DNA from: Ostrea edulis
Lineage: Eukaryota
Length of the DNA: 64,000 nt
Direction: 5' to 3'
Assembly (NCBI RefSeq): GCF_947568905.1
Contig: NC_079165.1
Span: 48,484,001 to 48,548,000 of the forward strand
Part shown: piece after piece, positions 50,184 to 63,789 of the stretch
How positions within the stretch are numbered: position 1 is the stretch's first letter
Layout: the number at the start of each line of letters is the position of its first letter
Notes under the pieces: model-generated
Told to the model about the DNA's origin: nothing
Databases searched by the model: none
Seen by the model: the letters and a program-made list of their open reading frames with translations, nothing else
Translations under genes and position numbers: made by a program

Positions 50184-52978
50184 ATATTTTTATTTCATCC
50201 TTACCTAATGATAAGTCGAATGAAATCGAATAATATAAGCCGTAACAGAAAAATCCTAGGACAAGTTGTCTCAAAGAAGCATGTAAATCCCTGTAGTACT
50301 ATTAATTAATCATGAATCAATATTGTGCGTAAATAACTTGATGACATTATGTTCTCATTTTAATCACATTGATTACTTTTATCAAACAATCAAAATGAAT
50401 AAATATATGAAAAAACAGCAACAAAATATTTGGGTTTTTTTAAATGGAAAAGAATAATAAAAATAATTTAGAAAAACTAAAAGACCCCCACAAGACCATA
50501 AAAAAAAAAAGGAATGGTTAATTAAATGAAAAGGCGTTCACTGCAAATACTAGTAACTTATATTGCATTTCTTTTTAAACAAGTTTTGTTTCACTTTTTA
50601 AAGTATTTTTATCAAAATTAAAACTTTGCAATTCCGATATCATATACTCCCTGTTCCCAAATAATCATTATTCCTCAAACCAACGAAGAAAACATTCCCA
50701 ATAAAAGAAGATTTATCAGTACATCTTTTGCAGAAGCAGTTCATGACATCTCAATTATCACAATGGCAGACATATGAATAACAATTCTCGATCTACCTGT
50801 AATTGACAAGTGAAAAAAATCTTATAAAAGCACCTATATACTGATAGCGATCGCGAGATTTTTAATTTGTCTGTTAAGTAGCGATTATCAATTAGGTATA
50901 CTATTCATCCCCAGTAATAGGTATGAATTGTATTTATCACTCCCCCTATCGGGTGGAGTTAATCTGCTATTGTTTGGTATCGCATTGTTTGTTTTTTTCT
51001 TTCGCAACCGGCCCGACCAAATTGCAATTAGGACGTCGCCGGTATGTGTTTTATCCGCAATCTAGACAGATCTGTGTGTGTTTCCATATTTATCTCTTTA
51101 AAGGATCGAGTAAAGTGTGTAATGCCCCGAAAAAAGTCTGATAGGGTGTTGCAGAAATGGCGAGAGCTGATTGGTTAAGAGTTCAATTGCAGTACTTTTT
51201 TAAATAAGTGACCGATGTGACGTCATAAAAGGTCACATAGGTTTCAAAAGAAAAATAATGAATATTCATGTTTGAGTGTAAAAACATTCAAAAATTTCAA
51301 AATGGCTGACCATTTCTTATCTAAAAACGCGTGTGTGGAGATTTTTTATTCTTTGATTAGTCCGAGGAACGAAATTGAGCTATAAATGATATTTGTGTTG
51401 CTTTGGGAAATTGTATTTCATCCTTTTGCAGACAAACATGGTTGCTAAAGTCCTGAGACGTAAAGACAAAGTTAATAAAAAGGCGTCAATTTTTTTGGAC
51501 GAGAATGGACATTTATAAGCTAATTCAGAACTTATCGTCCACTTTTTCTCGGATTTGCAAACTTGCTAACTGCTGTGACGAATGTATTCTTGATGTGTTA
51601 CAATTTAATCAGAAAAATCAATGGTTCCGATGAAGGCAACCAAAATGTGAGAATAATCTCTCTGTAATGCAGAATCAAACACATTCTTTCAATTTGTTTG
51701 TGATCAGACATCACCCTGCCAGAGCATATTGTAGGTAAGCTATATTCTATAAATGTTATATAATTTAAGAAAAATTAAAATGAAACATTCTAGATTTAAA
51801 AAACATATTTACAAAAGAAAAAAATTAGTTAAAATAAATTCGTTCAGGAATGGACAGATTTTCAAAATTCATATCATCTTTAAATTTTCCCATTCAGACT
51901 ATGCTTGAATAAATAAAACATCGGATGTTTAAGGCAAAAAATCTTAATATTTTCAGTTTTCATTTCATTTTCTATGAAATCTTTGCAAAATTATTAAAAC
52001 AAATCCTGCTTAATGTGATGTAATCTGTAAATCATCAATACAATCATACAGAAAATAAAAATCTGAATGTTTTGTACTTTAAGAGGTATTTTCATTTTGC
52101 TATTAATTGCAGACATTAAAAATTGGTGATGTAAATTCCGAATTATTTATCATTATTAACTGTGCGGCAGTATGTGTGAAAGCTACAGAAAAATTCCATA
52201 AATATTGCAGTAAAAATAGATTCAGCAAAATAAAAATTATTATAAATAATATCAAACATTTTCAAGCTAGATATGCAAAACACAAAATTGTATTGTATAA
52301 TTTTATTTTGTATTCAAACTGCGCTGAGATTCATGCTGAATTATAGTCCGGTTAAAATGATTGAAACACGATTCGAAATTATTTACAAACTCAAGAATCC
52401 CATTCCATCATCATAGAAAACTTCCTACCACTTCAGGCCAATCTTTATTAATTTTCCCCAATTTGCTAGCATTTCGCGAAATGTTGAAACATTAGTCAAT
52501 CAAAGGGGCACATTTTGGACAGAATTCGGGCCACTTTTGCGGCTTTTAACTTATTACAGAAATCTTGAAAGCCTGTAATTTGGGTGCATCCTGCCCCCGT
52601 CTGCAGAATGAAGATGTATCACACTTCGTTTCCGAAAGAACATGCAAAATTATTAGTTAAATCATCACGCGTCTTCTAGATTAACCGTCTATTATAGCGC
52701 CGCGCGAAGCCGAGGCCATGAATTTACCCTGGCAAGTCTCTTAAATAATGGAGAAAATGGTGCGAAATTAACTAATTTAATACGAATTTCAGGCCTGCAT
52801 GTTATTGTTATATGATTTCATTGCGGTTGTCATTTTTGTCCAATTAACACGTGTAAACCAATACTCAGGGGTGCTGCTCCTGGCACGCGATGCACAGCGG
52901 CTGAAAAAAAGCGCTCTATTAGAACTCCTCAGATGCTCACACATTAACGTGGTTCATATAGTTTCTTTTGTTGAAAAA

Positions 52979-53022
<44 letters not shown>

Positions 53023-53178
53023 ATCTAAGATTTGAGTTTAAAGCAGCCAGCAACCGTAGCTTGCCTGGATGGTAATCTTGTTGTTTATTGTATTTTAAGA
53101 AACATTTTTAATATCATTTTTGCATGAGTGTTATATATATATTTGACTTGACCATTGTTGAAATTCCAAATGTATAAT

Positions 53179-53213
<35 letters not shown>

Positions 53214-53336
53214 CACAGTTTTGTAAAGCTTCTGAAGATGTAATGAAAGAGCTAAAGCTTTACGAAGGATTTCTGTGTTTTCTTTTCATATTATATATAT
53301 ATCCAAATAGAAAGAGTTGATATCACACAGTCAAAA

Positions 53337-53420
53337 TAATTCAATAAAAAAAGCAGGAAAATATACAGTTCCAAAATATATTTTGGAACTGTATATTTTC
53401 CTGCTTTTTTTATTGAATTA
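53337..53420. repeat. Perfect 84-bp palindrome without spacer
   Basis: 42-bp arms TAATTCAATAAAAAAAGCAGGAAAATATACAGTTCCAAAATA | exact reverse complement. Confidence 0.95.
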
Positions 53421-53451
53421 AAATATAAATTAAAATAAATTAAAATTAAAA

Positions 53452-53507
<56 letters not shown>

Positions 53508-55359
53508 TGTACAACTAAAAACAGTACGAGTATTATCTAATTTCTATTTGCCTCATAAATGTGTATTAAAATGGTGTTAAACTGAATATTCATAAAGTGT
53601 GTGTGTATTTGTTCGTTATACTTTATGATATTTTGGGATTTTTTAATGAATCACGCATGTAGCGAATTTCTGGAAAAAATAGAGTCAATTTTCCCCTCCC
53701 TCACCTATACCCAACTCTACCCAGGATGAAAAAAGAAATTCTTAAAACGAATTACCTACAACTGTATACGAATTATTGAATTTTTCTTTGTATATTCGGT
53801 ACCGTAATGATAATGATAACAATAATACATACCTGCCATAAATACTATGTAACGAATTATCAATGCTTTTCTCATACTTTGAATGGGACATGACCTGAAA
53901 TTTGTATTTATTTTTTTCTTCAACAGCAAATCACTTCACATCGAATCACTTATGTAGCATTTTCTTCGTTTTTTCCGAATTCTTTACGGTACGAAAATAC
54001 AAAAAGAATTCCTTGTAGAAAATCAAAACTCTTTCGATTATTCATAAATTATAACTATCTTTCAGTATTTTCTTAAATTTTTAATCTATATGCGAATTCT
54101 TTGTGTCAACCGAAAATACTTATTTTCTAGTCGTTTTATTATCATTATCATCATTTTATTTTAGAAATTTTATGTTATATAATTATTGAATATAAATATA
54201 ATTTCATTTATTCATATAATTTTGTTCTCTAGAAGTTATAAGATTTCCTTACATGACAGAACAGCAATACTTGACAAGAACGTGTATCAGGGTTTATCGC
54301 GTAGGATCTAAAGTGCTTAGCTATTAAAATCTTTCTGGGAAAAAAATATCTTTGTTCTATGATTCAGAAAATCTTGACAAAATATTCAGTTGCTGAAAGT
54401 GGTTTACTAGTATTGCTTCTGGTATGATACCGAACATTTCTTCCGTGTGTACAGTTGTTGAAATTCCAAATGTATCTTATTGCTGACACGTTCAATTTTT
54501 CATCTCGACAATTAGTCATAGAACATTTTTGTTCATTATCAAGGGAAAAATACTCCTATCACGTAGATGGATAAACGGAAGCTAAATGTTCATTATAAAG
54601 GTTAAAATCGGCTCATATGGCCGTGCCGGATTTTTACGCGAGCTTAATCTGTTTTCCTTCAGAAATCAGTTACTCATTTGCTTAAATTAGTCGCAGTGGG
54701 TATTAAATACCCTCGAACGCACCTAATACACAAACGAAATCATTTGTTCTATTAATTGGCAAAATATCGACATCAACTGAATTTATCTAATTTTGGCGAA
54801 GATTTTACATCGTTTATTATAAGAATTATGGCAAATCAGTCGAGTCCCAGACGGCCCACTCCAAGCACGACATCCTTAATTGGGCAAAGAAAAGGCATAG
54901 CCTATATGACAGGAATAACTTAGGAAGAGCAAAATGGCTTTAAAGTAATTGAATTACACGGGGATCTTCGTTGCTGTTGACAATAATTCCAAAACCCCAA
55001 TTGTACACCTGTCTACGGAAAAAAATCAAGATAAACTTTCCGGGTTGGGACAAATGCAACATTTTCTTTCGAGAGTTCCAAAAGTCTATGTGACTGTTAA
55101 TTATTAGATGTTATTTCCTCAGAACAATCAGATTATTATTAGTAGTACATATATAAGCTTTGATGAGAGAAAGAGAGGGAGATTGTTAAAATTTCTTGTT
55201 TATACGATACAACATTTATTGTTCAGATTACACAAACATCACAGAACCGAATATTATTAGAATATCATTTGTGACCAAAAAAAAAAAAAAAACCCAACAG
55301 ATTTTTGTTTTGTATTGGCTAATTAAAGTGTTTTAGTGATAAAAATGAAAAGGTTCTAT

Positions 55360-55424
<65 letters not shown>

Positions 55425-57239
55425 AAAATGATAATAAAATAAAACGTTCTTCCACGGACCTCATTGTTACACTTTCTTCTAATCCACTTTAATAACACAT
55501 TATAAGTCTTACACAGTTTATTAGACTCTTCGAACGGTACTAGCATGTTCATAAATGACAAGTGAGGAGCCACTCAAAATACTATACTGCATTCATAGAC
55601 GAGGACGAGGTGTACAAATTTTCATGCACGGATGAGAAATATCGAACGACTTATCTACCACACATTAAAATGAAATATTCACTTGAAATAATATGTTTGA
55701 AACTTTGAGAAATATGAATTGTTTTCCTTAAAGGAACAGCTGTAGGAAAATCAAGTTAAAAATCAAATTACAATAGAATAGTTTAAACATTTCCGCACTT
55801 GACGTTCATTGCCGAAATAATGCACGATATTGACAGATGTAGCGCATTATTTCCCTCTTTTCCATAATTAGGGTTAAATAAAGTTATTTTCCTATTCTCC
55901 GAATTAGAAATTATTTTCCCCTCATTCTGGTATTAAGACCATCAAATTTGGTTTGAATGTGTCATAACTCATCATAACGGATATTTCTACATCCGATGCG
56001 TTTGTCCAATCTCCACCACAACCCTGAGTATGTAAGTTTTAGTTTTTTCTTCTTAAATTAAATTATATATATTAAGGTTTTAAATGGCACGTTACGGTCT
56101 TTAGATATTTTCCCAGCACAATTAATTGACTATACACCTGTCCAAACACATTATGATAAAATTCATCTGTACCATATAATGTATTCTGACATTAAAACTT
56201 ACTGTACCATTTTGTACTTTGGGGTGTATATTTCTTTGAAAATAAAATAAATTGCCCAGGGGAACGAAAATGTTTGTCGATAATTTCAATCCAATGTAAA
56301 CGGTGTCTCCAATTCAGTAGTTGAAATACAAGAGCCTATATAGGATTTTATTCTTTGGAAATTTTTTCTTTAGAATTACGAAAAGAAATCTTAGGTCATT
56401 CTGCCAATGACATGTCAATCGTTAGTATGCATATAGTTACATCATAGTACAATTTATAAAATATAGAATTTTTTTTATTTGAAAAGTGATGAATGTGTGT
56501 ATGATTAATCAAAGGATCACTTACATTATAAAAAAGACAATCACTAAAGCATTATCCTTACAGCAATATGCATGCAGTTATTAGTGGTTTCTGGAAATTT
56601 ACATTTTACCAGTAGCTTACAGTACATTTGTAATATTTTGACAGCTCTGAATTGATTTCCTTTAGCACAATAGTATTGTTTTCCAAATGTGTTCAAATTG
56701 TCACGTGATGAAATAAGCCAATCATAATTAAAAGAACTATTTCTGAAAAATTATTAATGATTCCTCTATTTCTTTGGTTATGTTATTCATTTTCTACAAG
56801 ACAAGGTAATAGATGGATGTAAATATTATTCGAATTATTTTCCCCCTAAATTAACATCATTTTTATTGATTCAATGATTTAAGGACTTGGTGTTAGTTAG
56901 TATGGTGTCACTGGCTTTGATATACCGAAAAAATATTTTGAAAATTTTTGAATTTATTGCTCAACGTATCTGCTTCTCTTTTACAAAATGTAGAAAGTAT
57001 TATCTTTTTTTCAACGATCAAGAAATAATGATTGCTTGTTTCGAAATGTGTAAATTGTGTTCGAATAAGATAATTTACCTAAACGACTAGGAGAACAGAT
57101 TTCCGTGTTACTTCTCATGTATCTCAGAAATCTGAAAATTTAACAAGAAATCTGAAAATTGATTAAAGTTTCGAAAAATCATAAGAAATTACTTTTTCTT
57201 ATGCGCACGGGGTACTGTCTGTGGAATCAGGGAAGGAAT

Positions 57240-57722
57240 ATCGCGATAACGTGATCAGAAATTGTCGATTAGTTGTCTTGCATTCGCTGCGTAATTTAGT
57301 TGTCATAATTTGATCTTAGCGAGAGGACCTCAGATGGCCTTCCTTTTAAATAACCCAGTCTTCCGACATCTTTTGTCAGCCTACCGGATTCCACAATTAA
57401 CACAGTCAGGATAAGGAAACTGAGAATTAGCGGATTTTATACGAGATTTAACATCTCCCTCGCGAAGATTAATTCCATCCATTTTCAAATTTCGCCTAAT
57501 CAAAGACAGCTTTGACAGCATCTTCACCATTGGCTGATTGCTGTTTGTCGCCACCTCTCGCTAGCACCAACACTGCAAAAATCTAACCATCGACATCAAA
57601 AGGACGGATCAAATATTATCGTTTCTATTCTTAATTCGAAAGATCATATATTTTAAGTTATATATACACGAATGTTGATTTCAGATTTAAAATTTCAAAA
57701 AGAAAATAAAACAAAAACTAAG
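57240..57722 (+). promoter_or_regulatory. Putative proximal promoter/5' UTR of BSX
   Basis: Locally more GC-rich; reverse CCAAT (ATTGG 57529), TGACAG (57513) and several TAAT/ATTA homeodomain cores. Position-based inference only. Confidence 0.35.
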
Positions 57723-57963
57723 ATGCAGTTCTCGGATGGACATGGAACTAGGCCAACATCCTTCTTTATTGAAGACATTCTACTCAACAAACCCAAACCA
57801 GCATTCCGGGAGTTGCCATCTCTACCCGTGAGACCGACAATTGCAGATTTTCCAGGTTATCCCTATTTTCCCGGAATTTTCTACCCTCATCAGGTTCTAC
57901 AACAAACGCAAAATTTCCTTCATAAACACCCAGAACATCCGTTTTTGATGCCAACCGTTGCTG
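57723..57963 (+). CDS. BSX: Brain-specific homeobox protein, coding exon 1
   Basis: MQFSDGHGTRPTSFFIEDILLNKPKP matches the BSX N-terminal eh1-like motif (human RPTSFFIEDILLHKPKP); phase-1 donor G|GTAAGT at 57963/57964. Confidence 0.92.
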
Positions 57964-58744
57964 GTAAGTACATTTTTGTAATCTTTCTTACATATTGTTA
58001 TCTTGTATAGATTTGTAAAAATTTGTATTTATTGCTTCAAAAAAGGAGAGAACCTAACAAAAGTTCACATCTTAGATTCTGTATTATAAAAATTTAATCA
58101 AACCCAATACAGAAAATTTCTTAATAAAAGTTAAACTTTTATTTGATAGTGAAAACATTCGTTAAATGACTTCGTTACCAACAGTAATCTAATTGGTGTT
58201 TTGCGAATATCAAGTCTTTGAAAAATCAACTGGTTCCAAATCCAGGAAAAAGGACATGTTTCTAAAATGTAATTTAAATTCTTGATAATTTTTTCTTCAA
58301 AGATACCTTAGAAAGAGGGGACTAATTTCAATCTACTTAGACTCATCTGGTACTTAGCTACTTACATGTACTAGTATTTGCGTTTAAAACGGAAGCAGTC
58401 TGTTTCAGTGTCACTGAAAAAATTGCATCAGATTACACAATTTTTATGGTTTAAAAAGAGTTTGATAATAACATATTTGTTTTAAGGGAAGGCTCTTTTT
58501 ATCGAGAAAACGCTCATGATCAAGCTATATGATGGCCAACTAATTATATTCAGGAAGTGGAGACATTTGCAAAACAGGGTTGCTTCTTTCCGGTTCCCTT
58601 GTCAGGAGGAAGTAAAACTCTAAATCTGTAGGAAATGAAAGAAATGTTTTAAATCAGGATTATGAATGTATTATTTACCGGGATTCAAGGAAATAATTAT
58701 CATACTGTATGATCGCCAACTCGAGTCGAGAAAAAGTTTATGAT

Positions 58745-58816
<72 letters not shown>

Positions 58817-60082
58817 TGTTTATATAATAAATGTTTTTTGATTTCTCTTCAAAATATTCTCAGTTTTCAAGTTGAAATCATGAAAATTTAGTATTTCTGT
58901 ATTAGTTTAAACAAATATCAATTCTATAGATGTTACTGGGTTTACCAAAGCTGTGTGAACCATCTTAACAAAAGCATAAATTCATTCATTCCAGGAGATT
59001 TCAATTCTAAGGATGCATAAAAAGAAACACTGATTGTATATCATTAAGTGAAATGAAAAATAAATAATTGCTTAAATGAGCTAAATCATGCAGATCGTCT
59101 GGATGAATTCAAATATATCATCATTTTACTGTTGAAGTTTTATGAATGTCCCGGTAATCGGTCAAACCACCATTAGTTTCTACTGAGACAGAAGTGTTAA
59201 TAGGGTTATATTGATAATTTATGCATTTGCTCGAATGTGATATTTGAGCCACAGATGCAAATGAATTATTAACGTGCTTGAAAATACGTGTTGTGTATCC
59301 AAATTGCTGTAGTGGAATTTTAAACACCTAATAATGTGTAATAAGACTACACCCTGTAATAAAATGAAATAGTATAAAAGGATAAATTATCATTTGTACT
59401 TTTGTTTAACTTAAAGAAGTAGTCAGGGTGTGCCTACGTTACCTTTTATTTTGTTAATTTGCAGAACGTTTGCCTTGTTTTGAAAAGAAAAGATTGTCTC
59501 ATGATATACAAATTAGTATTGTCCACAAGGTCTGAAATCTTTACCTTCCTTCAAATTATAGCACAAAAATAAATAGATTGATACATAATATAGAAATGCA
59601 ACCAACATGAAAAAGATAGACAGAATCCAGACCAAAAAATTACTTACTATATTTGTAAAATGATTAATGACGATGTGAGTGAAAGAAAAAACCGCATTGG
59701 ATGGATGTATCTCAATGAAAATACATGTAAAAGGTTTTATGTAACCAAAATAATCACGATGATTGAAAGTCCTTTCATTGTTTTCTTTTTGTAAACCCAG
59801 TGTCTGAATCTTTACGTGTGCTTTTATGTGGAATGTCCTTATTCTCTCCATCAGCGAATTAAATTTGACGAATGTAGTAGTAATTAGAAAAATTAATTCG
59901 TGATGCGGATTTCTGACACAAAATGGAATCACTGTTCTCCTTTTATCTTAAATTATTACTGCTTATTCGATTCCAAAAGGAAATAATCACATTTTGCGTG
60001 ATAAAATAGCCCCCTATTGCCCTCATAAAAGCGTCAATGTTTACAAAAATTAACGTAGCGGGGTCAGATTCTGTTAAGTGTA

Positions 60083-60146
<64 letters not shown>

Positions 60147-60149
60147 TAT

Positions 60150-61348
60150 CTTCGATAAAAAATTAATTTTGCTTTTATTCGCCCTGTTATTGAATATGGT
60201 AATTTAGTTTGGGATAATTATACAGAAAGAGAATCCAATTTACTAGAGAATGTTCAGGTTTCTGCAGGAAGAATAATCACTGGAATGAGAGTAAATTCTT
60301 CCAGGTCAGCACTATATGATGGATTGGGCTGGGATAGCTTATCAAGCTTATGAAAAGTTCATAAACTTATTTTATTTTTGCAAAATAGTATATGGAATTG
60401 CTCCTCAATATCTTCAAGAACTTTTGATACATTTCATTCCTCCACAAAATTTATATCAATTGAGAAACTATGATAATCTTAAATTTATTCTTCCTCAAGT
60501 TAATACCTCATCATTTATGAATACCTTCAACAATTATACTATGGAATGACCTACCTGCCCATATTAGAAACCTTCCTACTCTAACATCGTTTAAAACTGC
60601 TATAAAAAATATGTACTACAATTAATCATGGTAAACGCAATGCAAACATCTGGCATTGCCAATTGAGAAATAATGCTAGTAATCTAAATTTTGACTTACA
60701 TAGTCAATTTCTACGAGATGATGCTACTTGTGATTTGTGTGGTCACCCTGCTGAAAATGCCTATCATATTTTCTTTGAATGTGTTCCGTACTCAGTACAA
60801 AGAATTACTCTTTTAAAGTCAATAAATGCAATGCTATGCAACTACAAGTTCCCATATCATTAAAGTTATTGCTGAGTGGTGATGAGATTCTTGGGTTCAA
60901 AGATAACATAAAGATTTTTGAATATGTTCAGAAATATATTATTGAAAGCAACAGATTTTAAAAATGCATTTAATACATGAGTGTTTGTTATGTATGTCTA
61001 TTCTTATCCTGTTGAGTCGGTACTCTCATTTTTTTCCACTCCTGTTGTACTTATTCGTTTTTGTTTCACTATTTTTATTTGATTTAATGTTTTCTCTTTT
61101 GTATGTCATTTAGATCCCATTAACCACCCCACATTTCTATTTTGTTAGCCTATTATTCATATCAAGAAATCATAATACTTAATAATCGTTATATTTGGAA
61201 TGACTTATTATCCTTTTACTTCATATCTATATTGTAATTTCTTGTGTGTGTAATTAGCTTGTACCTTAAAGGAGAAGGCTTATATAGGCATTGCCTGCTG
61301 CCTAATCCTTAAATATTATGTTATTCATAATATAATACTGTTTAAACC
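60150..61348 (+). mobile_element. 5'-truncated CR1-type LINE in BSX intron 1
   Basis: EYGNLVWDNY..LENVQVSAGRIITG..LGW, YFCKIVYGIAPQYL, CDLCGHPAENAYHIFFEC, IFEYVQKYIIESNRF*; 3' UTR ends TTTTAAAC. Confidence 0.85.
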
Positions 61349-61417
<69 letters not shown>

Positions 61418-63269
61418 TTGGTTTGCTGATTTGTGTTTTTAAAAAGCAACCTTTAGAAATAAATTTCACATTTTTGAATATACACGAGGGTATGAACTGC
61501 GAGTCTTCACGCCGGCACACTTCACGTGCTTCATGAAAAGTATATGCCGGCGTGAAAGCGTTGCAGTTCATACTCTCATGATTTTTTTTCTTTATATACT
61601 TACATTCTACTTTCATTTTTATCGGAATTCCAAGTTATTAGAATAGAAGTACTATAGTTATCAAGCATTGTTTACAACTGCAGCGCGTTCAGGAGGAAAT
61701 GACTATCATTACGATTTGTAGAGAAAAGGATTGTTCACCAGCAAATTCCCCGTACGAACCCTTTTCTGTATTACATTTCCTTATACATCTTAGATAACAG
61801 TAATGTCGATACTTGTTCTATTATTCAAGTGAAATATCGGCATCGATTGTCAAACCTTTAATTTTCATTAAATATTGTTTTCTTCAAATGTTGAATAAAA
61901 CATCTACAGTTTAAGATATAAAGATTATCTCCCTTCCCGAGTGTGTTCCAGGGTTGCCGATCAATTGGGAATAGGGTCGTACTTTGTATTGTTTTTTATG
62001 TGAAGAATAAGAAATTAATCAATTACTGGTATTACAAAGGGGGGGGGGGGGATTATTTTCAGTTAATAGTATTTTTAAAATGTATTTACCGTATTCAAAG
62101 AAGTTGTTTTTCTTACAATGAAATCGATTTCTCGATGATGATGCGAACAATAGTAAGATTTTGATTTTGTATATGAAAATGATACCACTGATGTATTCAA
62201 ACCAAAACCAATGCCTTTTTACAATCATGCGTGAGACATTTTCAAAGTATAAAATGACTCTTAAGACCTAAGCCTTCAACAGATTATGTGTTCAAGATAT
62301 CTTTTATATCGGGATCCCCAAATGGAGTTATCTTTCTTTTCGCATCAAAATTAATCACACCGCTTTGAAATAGTTTATCTTAAGGATGTAATAGACTCGA
62401 TAAATTCAAAAAGAAAGTGAAAACCCGTAAATACAATTATCAAGAATGATTACGTGATCACTGAATATGGTGTTCGACGTTACTTAATACGCTTTGAAAA
62501 TGTGATATGAATATTGACGGTATTTCCGCATTTAGATAATGTTACCTATAATGTTCAAGGTGTTATATCAGTGTTCAGGTTGTCATTCTGACATCAAAAA
62601 GAAGGGCTGCAGGTACCGGTGATTTTTACGTTAAATTCAAAGAATGATATTTTGAATATTGAAGACAGACATGCATTTTTACCATGTCTTCAGTACTGTA
62701 CATCTAGTGTACCCTTTATCTTTAGGATTCCCCGGATCTCTAATGGAATGCAATATCATTTTTAATGTGCCTATGCATAGTCAACGTTTCGCAATGGAAT
62801 CATTCGTTCAGTTGTGATTCGAACTTCCTGTTGAAGCTTTGTGAAATTACAAAGAAACAAAACAAAACATAAAGTGACTTGTTTAATGCAACAATTGTGA
62901 ATTTCTCAAATTTCAAATAGTTTGTATCACCTGTCTTTACGCCTTCAAATAATTTATGCAATATACACTTTTCCATACCTTTCGCGTGGAGGTCTATTTC
63001 GTAATGCATTGTTTAAGTGAATTAGTATTAGATCACCTTTACCCATGTATGCAACTGTACAATACCATGTTTATAGCTCTAGAAAAGACACCCCTTCCCG
63101 ATTAGATAGGAGTAGGTTTGGAGTCCACTACCCTTCGTCAATACTTTCAATTAATCAATAGCATCTTCAAGACGGGTATTGATACGTCTCATCCCAAAAT
63201 GTACCGATAGGAACTCGCTTAAAATCTAATCGCCTGTCGTGCGACCTCTCTTATGTAATCCTGTGAACA

Positions 63270-63300
<31 letters not shown>

Positions 63301-63789
63301 GCGCGTACAATCATATAAGAAAGATTTGTTATCAAATAATTAAAATGATAAAAAAAAATATGCAGTTCCAAAGTATATTCAAAACACTAGCGCTTTCTGA
63401 TTTTAACATACACCCTCAGGTGAATGTAAATTGGTTCAATGCTTTGGGACTGCATATTTTCTTGATACATGTATAATGTTTTTGCCGTTGATATCTTTAC
63501 AAATTGTGATGACAGACTTTCCTCTTCAGTGTGCTGTAGTTGTGAACATATCAATCATAATAGATCTTAACAGATATACTGCGTTTATTTCAACGGCTGA
63601 AAAATTCCGACAGAAATTAAAGTAGCATGTGAAAAATAAAACCCTCGAGGACAGCACCGCGTAACGCCGCCTACTTTTGATGAAGCGTTAACGCGCTAAA
63701 TGAAGTGTGACGGTGTGAAGCATCCTCATGTATTTTTCAAAAACTGCCTTCGTCAGCATCTTAGTATTCAGCATTGTCAATATTTCTAG

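Larger units (their letters stand above)
52983..63305. repeat. Microsatellites around BSX: (AG)n 52983 and 58750, (CA)n 53177 and 60084, (TA)n 53455, 55362, 60115 and 61350, (TG)n 61366, (CA)n(CG)n 63267-63305
   Basis: Read directly. An additional (TA)n lies at ~17482-17521. Confidence 0.95.
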
